From an uncultured Planctomycetaceae bacterium (lineage in GTDB: Bacteria > Planctomycetota > Planctomycetia > Planctomycetales > Planctomycetaceae), in NCBI GenBank assembly GCA_963815195.1, contig CAWFGE010000007.1, forward strand, positions 224,001 through 288,000: a DNA stretch of 64,000 nucleotides, read 5' to 3'. Within the stretch, counting starts at the first letter, position 1, and every line of letters begins with the position of its first letter. The notes beneath the pieces were generated by a model that was not told where the DNA came from, did not search any database, and was given only the letters and a program-made list of their open reading frames with translations. The translations under genes and the position numbers were made by a program. Shown here in pieces: positions 28,571 to 37,199 of the stretch.

Positions 28571-30028
28571 ATGATTTCGAATGACTTACAACTGGAACTC
28601 ACGCGCCGGCATTTTTTTTCCAAGGGGTCGCATCTCCTGGGAACGGCCGCGCTCGCCTCCTTAATGCCTTCCCAGATGTTCGCGAAGGAAAATAGCAAAA
28701 CCGCGCATCCCGGGGCCGTGCCGACGCACTTCCCGCCCAAGGTCAAGCATATTATCTATTTGCACATGGTCGGCGGGCCGCCGCAGATGGATCTTTATGA
28801 CTATAAGCCCGTGATGAAGGAGTGGTACGATAAAGACCTGCCCGATTCCGTCCGCATGGGGCAGCGGCTGACGACGATGACCTCCGGGCAGAAGCGGTTC
28901 CCGATCGCGCCGTCCATGTTCAAGTTCGAGCAGGCCGGCAAATCGGGGATGTGGGTCAGCGAACTCTTGCCTTGGACGAAAAAAGTTGTGGACGACATGG
29001 TGTTTGTCCGCAGCATGCACACGGAAGCCATCAACCACGAGCCTGCCATTTGTTATATGCAGACCGGAAACCAGATCACGGGCCGGCCCTGCTTGGGGGC
29101 CTGGACGTCTTATGGCCTGGGCTCTTTGAACGAGAACCTGCCCACGTTCGTGGTGATGGTCGCCCGGCCGACGAACACCGAGCAAGTCCAGGCGATCTCG
29201 GCCCGGCTGTGGTCGTCGGGTTATCTCTCCGGGGAACACGCGGCGACCTCGTTTCGCACCAGCGGCGATCCGATCCTGTTTATCAATAACCCCGCGGGCG
29301 TGCCCCAACAGGTCCGCCGCACAACCTTGGACGGCCTTAAGTCCCTCAATGAACTGAACCACGAACGCCTGGGCGACCCGGAAACCGCGACGCGGATTCA
29401 ACAATACGAGTTGGCTTTCCGCATGCAGTCGAGTGTGCCGGAATTGACGGACCTGAGCACCGAATCGGAATCGACCTATCAGCTCTATGGAGACGCCGCC
29501 AAAAAGCCGGGCACGTTTGCCAACACGGTCCTGTTGGCCCGGCGGATGGTGGAGCGAGGCGTGCGGTTCGTCCAGATCTATCACAACAACTGGGACACGC
29601 ACGCCAACGTCGCGGGACGTTTGCCGGACCAGTGCCGGGACGTGGACCAGACGACCTATGCGCTGATCAACGATCTCAAGCAGCGCGGCCTGTTCGATGA
29701 GACCTTGATCATCTGGGGCGGCGAATTCGGGCGGACGATCTATTCGCAAGGCGGCCTTTCGATGAAGAACTACGGCCGCGACCATCACCCGCGCTGCTTT
29801 ACCATGTGGATGGCCGGGGGCGGCACGAAAGCCGGCACCGTCTATGGCGAGACCGACGATTTCTCTTATAACATCGTGAAAGACCCGGTGCATATCCGCG
29901 ACTTTCACGCGACGATTCTGCATCAACTGGGCTACGACCACGAACGCTTCACCTATAAATATCAAGGTCTCGATCAACGGCTCACCGGGGTCTTGCCCGC
30001 GAAGGTCATTCCCGAATTGATTTCTTAA
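28571..30028 (+). CDS. DUF1501 family Tat-exported protein
   Basis: TRRHFF Tat motif, GGPPQMDLYDYKP, ARRMVERGVRFVQ, WDTH, GEFGRT and GRDHH. Confidence 0.92.
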   Translation: MISNDLQLELTRRHFFSKGSHLLGTAALASLMPSQMFAKENSKTAHPGAVPTHFPPKVKHIIYLHMVGGPPQMDLYDYKPVMKEWYDKDLPDSVRMGQRLTTMTSGQKRFPIAPSMFKFEQAGKSGMWVSELLPWTKKVVDDMVFVRSMHTEAINHEPAICYMQTGNQITGRPCLGAWTSYGLGSLNENLPTFVVMVARPTNTEQVQAISARLWSSGYLSGEHAATSFRTSGDPILFINNPAGVPQQVRRTTLDGLKSLNELNHERLGDPETATRIQQYELAFRMQSSVPELTDLSTESESTYQLYGDAAKKPGTFANTVLLARRMVERGVRFVQIYHNNWDTHANVAGRLPDQCRDVDQTTYALINDLKQRGLFDETLIIWGGEFGRTIYSQGGLSMKNYGRDHHPRCFTMWMAGGGTKAGTVYGETDDFSYNIVKDPVHIRDFHATILHQLGYDHERFTYKYQGLDQRLTGVLPAKVIPELIS

Positions 30029-30062
30029 CACCGCCGTTGAAGTTGACTTATCAGGATCACAC

Positions 30063-32435
30063 ATGTCTTTGCCCACGTCTTACTGTCGCCGCTCTACTCT
30101 ATTCATGGTGGGGTTACTAGCACTCAGTCTGCCGCGCGTGATGGCCGCGGACGAGGTGGACTATAACCGCGACATTCGCCCGATTCTTTCGGACAAGTGC
30201 TTTTTCTGCCACGGCCCGGACTCCAAGCACCGCGAAGCCGACTTGCGGCTGGATGTGGAAGAAAGCGCTAAGGACTCGGCCATCGTGGCGGGCAAGCCGA
30301 CGGAAAGCGAACTCATTCGCCGGATCACCAGCGGCGATTCGAGCGAACGGATGCCGCCCGAGGAGTCGGGCAAGACGCTTTCCGCGAAGGAGATCGACAC
30401 GCTCAAGCGGTGGATCGCGCAAGGGGCGAAATACCAGGCGCATTGGGCCTATGTCCCGCCGAAACGCCGGGCGGTGCCTGTGGTCAAGAATCAAGCCTGG
30501 TCGGATCAGTGGATTGATCGCTTCTTAATGGCCCGCTGGGAAAAAGAGGGCCTCGAGCCTTCACCCGACGCCGACGCGGTTACGCTCGTTCGCCGGTTGA
30601 ACTTTGACCTGACTGGCCTGCCGCCCACGCCTGCGGAGGTCGACGCCTTTGTCAAGGATCCGAGCGAACCCGCCTATGAAGCGATCGTCGATCGGCTGTT
30701 AAAGTCCGACCATTATGGAGAGCGGATGGCGGTGTATTGGCTCGACCTGGTTCGCTATGCCGACACCGTCGGCTATCACGGCGATCAGGATCATAATATC
30801 TCCCCCTATCGCGATTATGTGATCGACGCCTTCAACGACAATCTGCCTTTCGACCAGTTTACGAGAGAGCAACTCGCGGGCGATTTGCTGCCGGGTTCGA
30901 CAATCGATCAAAAGATCGCTTCGGGATATAACCGTTTGCTGCAAACGTCGCATGAAGGCGGCGTGCAGCCCAAGGAATACCTGGCGATCTATGCGGCCGA
31001 CCGCGTGCGCAATCTTTCCAACGTCTGGATGGGCGCGACCGTGGGCTGCGCCCAATGCCACGACCATAAATACGACCCCTATACCTCGAAGGATTTCTAT
31101 TCGCTCGCGGCGTTTTTTGCCGACGTGGATGAGGCCAAACACTTTAAGGTGGGAGCGGACAGAGTGCCCACGGCTCGCCCGCCTGAAATTAAGGTTCTGA
31201 CAAAACGCGAGCGGAACCGCATTGCGGAACTAGAAGACCAAGTGCGGTCTCTGAACGAGGAACTCGCGGACGACAACGAGCGCAAAGTGGAAGCGCGCAT
31301 CGCGGAGCGAGAGCAAAAGATCGAAGCGATCCGCAAAAATGCAAGGTTGACGATGATCTCGGTCTCGATCGAGCCGCGCACGATGCGGCTTTTGCCGCGC
31401 GGGAATTGGCTCGACGACAGCGGCCCGATTGTGAAACCGGCGGTGCCGGAATTCCTCGGTCCGATTCAGGCTGGCCATCCGCGGAAGACGCGGCTGGATT
31501 TGGCGAACTGGTTCTGCGACGCCCGGCAGGGCGCGGGCGGCTTGACGGCCCGCGTGTTTGTGAACCGCTTGTGGTTCTTGTTTTTCGGCCAAGGGATTTC
31601 GCGATCGCTCGACGACTTCGGCGGCCAGGGCGAACCGCCGGAGCATCCCGAGCTCTTGGACCAACTGGCCGTCGAGTTTTACGAAAACGGCTGGGATATT
31701 AAGAAGATGGTGAAACAGATCGTAATGAGCCGGGCCTATCGGCAATCCTCGGTGGCCGATCGGGAACTGCTCTTGCAAGATCCCGAAAATCGTCTGTATG
31801 CACGCCAGGCGCGGTTTCGTCTGCCCGCCGAGTTTGTTCGCGACAATGCCCTCGCGATCAGCGGCTTGTTGGATCGTTCGATCGGGGGGCCGAGCGTCAA
31901 GCCCTATCAGCCCGCAGGCTACTATCGGCACTTGAACTTTCCCAAGCGGACTTACCACCACGATACGGATTCGAGGCAGCGGCGGCGGGGCGTGTATGTG
32001 CATTGGCAGCGACAGTTTTTGCATCCGATGCTCAAGGCCTTTGATGCTCCCAGCCGGGAAGAATGCACGGCCCGGCGGCCCCAGTCCAACACACCGCTCG
32101 CCGCGCTCACGCTGTTAAATGACCCAACCTTTGTCGAGGCGTCGCGAGTGCTCGCGGACAGGATATTAAAGGAAGGCGGCGGCACGGATGATTCGCGTCT
32201 CAACTTCGCCTACCGGGAAGCCGTGTCGCGCAAGCCGGACTCGGTAGAACGCAAACTGTTGTTGGATCTTTTAAAGAAAAACCGCAGGCAGTATCAGCAA
32301 CACCCGGAGGCCGCTCAAGAAGTCTTGAGTACCGGTCTCGCGCCGGTTCCGAAAACTCAACTGCCCGAACTCGCCGCGTGGACGAGCGTAGCCCGCGCGA
32401 TATTAAACATGAACGAAACCATCACGCGGAACTGA
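30063..32435 (+). CDS. PSD1 / planctomycete cytochrome c protein (DUF1549 + DUF1553)
   Basis: Signal peptide, CFFCHGPD, WLDLVRYADT, CAQCHDHKYDP, HPELLDQLA and SNTPLAALTLLND. Confidence 0.92.
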   Translation: MSLPTSYCRRSTLFMVGLLALSLPRVMAADEVDYNRDIRPILSDKCFFCHGPDSKHREADLRLDVEESAKDSAIVAGKPTESELIRRITSGDSSERMPPEESGKTLSAKEIDTLKRWIAQGAKYQAHWAYVPPKRRAVPVVKNQAWSDQWIDRFLMARWEKEGLEPSPDADAVTLVRRLNFDLTGLPPTPAEVDAFVKDPSEPAYEAIVDRLLKSDHYGERMAVYWLDLVRYADTVGYHGDQDHNISPYRDYVIDAFNDNLPFDQFTREQLAGDLLPGSTIDQKIASGYNRLLQTSHEGGVQPKEYLAIYAADRVRNLSNVWMGATVGCAQCHDHKYDPYTSKDFYSLAAFFADVDEAKHFKVGADRVPTARPPEIKVLTKRERNRIAELEDQVRSLNEELADDNERKVEARIAEREQKIEAIRKNARLTMISVSIEPRTMRLLPRGNWLDDSGPIVKPAVPEFLGPIQAGHPRKTRLDLANWFCDARQGAGGLTARVFVNRLWFLFFGQGISRSLDDFGGQGEPPEHPELLDQLAVEFYENGWDIKKMVKQIVMSRAYRQSSVADRELLLQDPENRLYARQARFRLPAEFVRDNALAISGLLDRSIGGPSVKPYQPAGYYRHLNFPKRTYHHDTDSRQRRRGVYVHWQRQFLHPMLKAFDAPSREECTARRPQSNTPLAALTLLNDPTFVEASRVLADRILKEGGGTDDSRLNFAYREAVSRKPDSVERKLLLDLLKKNRRQYQQHPEAAQEVLSTGLAPVPKTQLPELAAWTSVARAILNMNETITRN

Positions 32436-32478
32436 TCAGTACCGTAGTCTCCATCGTAATCCAAAGCTTGATAATCCC

Positions 32479-33921
32479 ATGATGACAACGCATCCACCAC
32501 TCGGCTTCACGCACCTCGCGAATCGGCGGACGTTTTTGCGGCAATCGGGCGTCGCTCTCGGTTCAACGGCGCTCGCTTCGCTGTTGAGTCGTGATGGACT
32601 GGCTGCTCGCGTCACGCAAGATTCAGGAACGCCGGGCGGTGCGCATCATTTGCCGAAAGTGAAGCGGGTGATCTTCTTGTGCATGGCGGGCGGGCCGTCG
32701 CATCTGGAGACCTTCGACTATAAGCCCAGGCTCAAAGAACTCGACGGCCAGCCGATGCCGGAGTCTTTCACAAAAGGCCAGCCGATTGCCCAGCTTCAAG
32801 GAAAGCAACTTCGCTGCCAGGGGCCGTTGACGAAGTTTGGTCGCTATGGCGAAAGCGGCCAGGAGATCAGTGACTTTTTGCCCTGGCATGCCAAGATGGC
32901 GGATGACATTTGCATCATCCGCTCGCTTGTCACCGAGCAGATCAACCACGACCCGGCCCACACGTTTATGAACACGGGCACGGCGATCAGCGGCCGGCCG
33001 TCGATGGGGGCTTGGGTGAATTATGGGCTCGGCAGCGAGAGCGAAGACCTGCCGGGCTTTGTCGTGTTGACGAGCGTGGGCGGACGCAATCCGCAGCCGA
33101 TCGCCTCCCGGCAATGGGCCGCGGGCTTTTTGCCGAGCCGGTTTCAAGGGGTGGAGTTCAATTCCAGCGGCGATCCGGTGCATTATGTGCGGAATCCCAA
33201 AGGCGTCGATTCTCATCAACAACAGCAGCTCGTCAACACGATCGCCGCGCTCGACCGCCATCGCAACGAAACCGTCAGGAATCCCGAAATCGATACGCGG
33301 ATCGCCGCTTATGAAATGGCGTTTCGCATGCAGACATCGGTCCCCGAACTGATGGACGTATCGGACGAGCCCAGGCATGTGCTCGACATGTATGGAGCGC
33401 AGCCGGGCGATGGGTCTTATGCTTCCAATTGTCTCTTAGCGCGGCGGCTCGCCGAGCGCGGGGTGCGGTTTATTCATCTCTATCATCGCGGCTGGGATCA
33501 TCACGGCGATTTGGTGAAATATATGAATATCTGCGGCGGCCTCACCGACAAGCCGACCTATGCGCTGATCCAAGACCTGAAACAGCGCGGGCTTTTGGAG
33601 GAGACGCTGATTATCTGGGGCGGAGAGTTCGGGCGGACGCCGATGTTTCAAGGCAAAGGCGGCCCGGGCCGCGATCATCATATCAAGGGGTTTTCGATGT
33701 GGATGGCCGGCGGCGGCGTGAAGGGCGGCATGACCTATGGGGCGACGGACGAACTCGGATACAATTCGGTCGACAACGTGGTCCACGTCCGCGACCTGCA
33801 TGCGACGATGCTCTATCTACTAGGTCTCGACGATCGCCGGCTGAGCGTTAAGCATCAGGGTCTCGACATGCGGCTCACGGGCGTCGAGCCGGCGCGTGTG
33901 CTCCATGACATTCTCAGTTAG
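32479..33921 (+). CDS. DUF1501 family Tat-exported protein
   Basis: NRRTFL Tat motif, GGPSHLETFDYKP, ARRLAERGVRF, WDHH, GEFGRTP and GRDHH. Confidence 0.92.
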   Translation: MMTTHPPLGFTHLANRRTFLRQSGVALGSTALASLLSRDGLAARVTQDSGTPGGAHHLPKVKRVIFLCMAGGPSHLETFDYKPRLKELDGQPMPESFTKGQPIAQLQGKQLRCQGPLTKFGRYGESGQEISDFLPWHAKMADDICIIRSLVTEQINHDPAHTFMNTGTAISGRPSMGAWVNYGLGSESEDLPGFVVLTSVGGRNPQPIASRQWAAGFLPSRFQGVEFNSSGDPVHYVRNPKGVDSHQQQQLVNTIAALDRHRNETVRNPEIDTRIAAYEMAFRMQTSVPELMDVSDEPRHVLDMYGAQPGDGSYASNCLLARRLAERGVRFIHLYHRGWDHHGDLVKYMNICGGLTDKPTYALIQDLKQRGLLEETLIIWGGEFGRTPMFQGKGGPGRDHHIKGFSMWMAGGGVKGGMTYGATDELGYNSVDNVVHVRDLHATMLYLLGLDDRRLSVKHQGLDMRLTGVEPARVLHDILS

Positions 33922-33942
33922 CTCACGCGGTTTTGCGGAGCA

Positions 33943-36051
33943 TCAATCCTCCTCTTCCTCCCGGTGGGCGGCGGCGACAATTTTTTGCTGCTCGTTGGCC
34001 GGGACCATTTCGTAATGGCTCGGCTCCAAGGTGTAGGAACCCTGGCCTCCCGTCATGCTGGAGAGATCGCGGGCGTAGGTCATCACTTCCGCCAAGGGGA
34101 CCTTGGCTTTGACGATCTGAAAGCCCCCCGGCGCGCTTTCCATGCCTTCGGGCCGGCCGCGGCGTGTGCTCAGGTCGCTGTTGATGTCGCCGAGCTTGTC
34201 GTCGGGCACGGTAATTTCGATGGTGACGATCGGTTCCAACAGCGCGGGCTTGGCTTCCTGGAACACGTTTCGAAAGCACATGCTCGCAGCGGTCTTAAAC
34301 GCGGTTTCGTTGCTGTCCACCGGATGGTCCTTGCCGAAGAACAATTCGCAGGTCACATCCTGCACCTGGTAGCCCGCGATCACGCCTTTTTCCATCCGCT
34401 CGCGGATGCCCTTTTCCACCGCGGGGATAAAGTTATTGGGCACCGACCCGCCCGTCACGCGATCGACGAAGGCGTAATTCAAATCGGGATCGTAATGGTA
34501 ATGCCGCATGCTGGCGAAGCGGTCCTTGGTGAAAAACTCTTCGGGATCGACTTCCCGCGGCAAGGCGGCGATGCGGAAATGCACTTCGGCGAACTGCCCC
34601 GAACCGCCCGACTGCTTTTTGTGGCGGTAATGGCCTTCGGCGGCGCCCATCACCGTTTCGCGGTAGGGAATCTTCGGCTGGTGCGTGTTGATGTGCACCT
34701 TGTCCCGGTGGGCGAGGCGTTCCTCGATCAGCTTGAGATGCAACTCGCTCATGCCGTACATCACCATTTCCTTGGTCTGCGAATCGCGGTTGACTTTGAA
34801 GGTGGGATCCTCATCCACGATTTTCTGAAGCGCCCCGGAGATCTTCTGCTGGTCGGCCTGGGTCTTCGGCTCGACGGCGAGTCCGATCATCGGCATGGGG
34901 AAGTTGATGGCAGGCATGGCGAGGTCGCCGTCTTTGGTCAATGTATCGCCGACGTGGAGTTCGTCGATCTTCACCAACGCGCACAAACCTCCCGCCGGGA
35001 TTTCATCGACGGCCGTGTTTTTGCCGCCTTGAACTTCGAGCAGTTGGGAGATTTTGACCGGCCGCGAGTGGCCGGCTTGGGTGAGGGTGGAATCTTTTTT
35101 CATGGTGCCCGAAAACACGCGGACGAAGCTCATCTTCGCCACGAACGGATCGATGCGGGACTTGAACACCTGCGCCACGACCGGCTCGTCCGGCGACTGC
35201 TTGAGCGTGACCTCTTCGCCGTCCTCTTTGGTCGCGGTGCGGGTGAGGTGCGTGGGTGCGAGCGCATAAGCGGCCAGGGCATCCATGAACTCCGTCACCC
35301 CCACATCGGTTTTGGAACTGGTGCAGAACACGGGGATCAACGTGCCCGCCGCGATCGCTTTGGCCACCCCGCCCGCGACTTCTTCGGGGCTGAGCGGCTC
35401 GCCTTCGAGGTAGCGCATCATCAATTCCTCGTCGGCTTCGACGATGGCGTCCATCACGGTCTGGTTGAGTTCCTTGGGATCGGCCTGGGCATCGCCGGGA
35501 ACTTCCGCGGGCACGTTCAACGTGCTGACCACGCCGGAGAATTTGCTGCCCAGGCCCACCGGCACGTTCAGCGGCACGCATTGTTGGCCGAAGGATTCCT
35601 GAATCATGCCCAAGAGGTGATTGAAGTCGAGGTTTTCCTGATCGCATTTGTTGAGCAGCACCATTCGCCCGACGCCGGCGTCTCCCGCGCGGGCGAACGT
35701 CCGGCGAGTGTTGACTTCGATCCCCGCCCCGGCATTGATCATCACGACCGCGGTCTCCACCGCCCGCAGCGCCCCGATCGCGTGGCCGATGAATTCCGGA
35801 TAGCCCGGCGTGTCGATCAGATTGATCCGCTTGCCGTTGTGCTCGATATTCGCGAGGGCCGAGGAGATCGTGTATTTGTGCTCTTTTTCGTCGTCGTCCG
35901 TATCGAGCAGGCTGCTGCCTTCGTCGACCGAACCGGCTCGCGTCGCCACGCCGGTCTTAAACAGCATCAGATCCGCCAAAGTCGTTTTCCCGCTGGCTCC
36001 GTGTCCGACCAATGCCACGTTGCGGATGTCTTCAATTTTGTGCTTGGCCAT
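33943..36051 (-). CDS. fusA: Elongation factor G paralogue (EF-G2 / FusA2 type)
   Basis: Full EF-G domain layout (GHGASGKTT, DTPG, NKCD, GMSELHL, KKQSGGSGQF, VDSNETAF, LLEPI, SMTGGQG), but outside the str operon and with divergent G2 and switch II motifs. Confidence 0.9.
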   Translation of the reverse strand: MAKHKIEDIRNVALVGHGASGKTTLADLMLFKTGVATRAGSVDEGSSLLDTDDDEKEHKYTISSALANIEHNGKRINLIDTPGYPEFIGHAIGALRAVETAVVMINAGAGIEVNTRRTFARAGDAGVGRMVLLNKCDQENLDFNHLLGMIQESFGQQCVPLNVPVGLGSKFSGVVSTLNVPAEVPGDAQADPKELNQTVMDAIVEADEELMMRYLEGEPLSPEEVAGGVAKAIAAGTLIPVFCTSSKTDVGVTEFMDALAAYALAPTHLTRTATKEDGEEVTLKQSPDEPVVAQVFKSRIDPFVAKMSFVRVFSGTMKKDSTLTQAGHSRPVKISQLLEVQGGKNTAVDEIPAGGLCALVKIDELHVGDTLTKDGDLAMPAINFPMPMIGLAVEPKTQADQQKISGALQKIVDEDPTFKVNRDSQTKEMVMYGMSELHLKLIEERLAHRDKVHINTHQPKIPYRETVMGAAEGHYRHKKQSGGSGQFAEVHFRIAALPREVDPEEFFTKDRFASMRHYHYDPDLNYAFVDRVTGGSVPNNFIPAVEKGIRERMEKGVIAGYQVQDVTCELFFGKDHPVDSNETAFKTAASMCFRNVFQEAKPALLEPIVTIEITVPDDKLGDINSDLSTRRGRPEGMESAPGGFQIVKAKVPLAEVMTYARDLSSMTGGQGSYTLEPSHYEMVPANEQQKIVAAAHREEEED

Positions 36052-36431
36052 TGAGTCGCTTATCCTTTTGCTAGAAGTGGTTTCAAAAGTCACCCCAAGC
36101 CGGCGGAGGCGGGAACGCATCGACCGCGTCCTTCCCGGGCCGCTGAGGAGTGATTTTTCGGGTTACAAAACTTCTTGTCGAATCGCAGGGGCCTTCTCCG
36201 GAGAGAATGCCGGCGCGAGGATCACGAACACGCACGTCTAATTGAGAAAACCCGGCGAACGTCGGCAGCGAAGGGAAACTCTGAAAACCCCGGCGCAATT
36301 CGAGGCTCACCGGAAACCGTGGATCTTATGCAATCCGGTGTTTCTTCGCCACTAGACGTGAAGAATTTGCGAAAATCCGGAGGCGAGCGCGAGAGCCTGT
36401 CCACCGCAGAGATAACCGCCGAAAAGGGGGA

Positions 36432-36947
36432 TTATTCGGGGGCCTTCGGGGGAGTCTGTTCGTTGATGGTCCAGCTTCGCTCCTGGATTTCCCGGCGGAA
36501 GGCCCGGCGGCGTTTGGCGGCTTCGTAGTGATGATGATCCGCCGTCGTCTCCAACTTCACCGCGGGCACCGGGACCGGATTGCCTTCGCCATCGACCGCG
36601 ACCATCGTGAAGTAGCAGGAATTGGTGTGCCGGCAGGTGCGGGCTTTGATGTCCTCCGCGATCACCTTGATGCCGACTTCCATCGACGTCCGCCCGGTGA
36701 AGTTCACCTTGGCGAGAAACGTGACCAGTTCCCCCACATGGACCGGCTGCTTGAAGACGACCTGATCCACCGCCAGGGTCACGCAGTATTGGCCGGAATA
36801 CCGCGAGGCGCACGCGAAGGCCACCTCGTCGAGCATCTTCATCATCTCGCCGCCGTGGACGTTGCCGGAAAAGTTGGCCTTGTCCGGCGTCATGAGCACC
36901 GTCATTTCCAAGTGCTTGACCGGTTCGAGGAAATCAGAATCCGCCAT
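36432..36947 (-). CDS. Acyl-CoA thioesterase (HotDog fold, YciA-like)
   Basis: ANFSGNVHGG..MKMLDEVA, FKQPVHVGE, TGRTSMEVG and YFTMVAVD. Confidence 0.92.
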   Translation of the reverse strand: MADSDFLEPVKHLEMTVLMTPDKANFSGNVHGGEMMKMLDEVAFACASRYSGQYCVTLAVDQVVFKQPVHVGELVTFLAKVNFTGRTSMEVGIKVIAEDIKARTCRHTNSCYFTMVAVDGEGNPVPVPAVKLETTADHHHYEAAKRRRAFRREIQERSWTINEQTPPKAPE

Positions 36948-36975
36948 AAGATGCTCCCGCGAAATGCTTCCAAGA

Positions 36976-37199
36976 AGCCGCGCACGAAGTCAGCGGAGTT
37001 CCTTTTCCTTGCGCGTTCGAGAACCGCTTACTTCGTGCGCGGCTCCTTTTCCTTACGGCGTTGTCAACCTGGGAACCGTTTACTTCGTGCGCGGCTCCTT
37101 TTCCTTACGGCGCAATTCCGCCGTTGTCAACCTGGGAACCGCTTACTTCGTGCGCGGCTCCTTTTCCTTACGGCGCAATTCCGCCGTTGTCAACCTGGG
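36976..37199. repeat. Family A REP doublet followed by a tandem array (52, 63, 63 bp) of REP arm + gene 3' end
   Basis: Left arm at 36976-36996. Units start at 37021, 37073 and 37136, each gaaccg(c/t)ttacttcgtgcgcggctccttttccttacggcg[caattccgccg]ttgtcaacctgg. Confidence 0.9.

Noticed and set aside
37021..37199. Possible mini CRISPR array
   Set aside because: The intervening sequences are copies of each other and of the adjacent gene end, not unique spacers. No cas genes are present.
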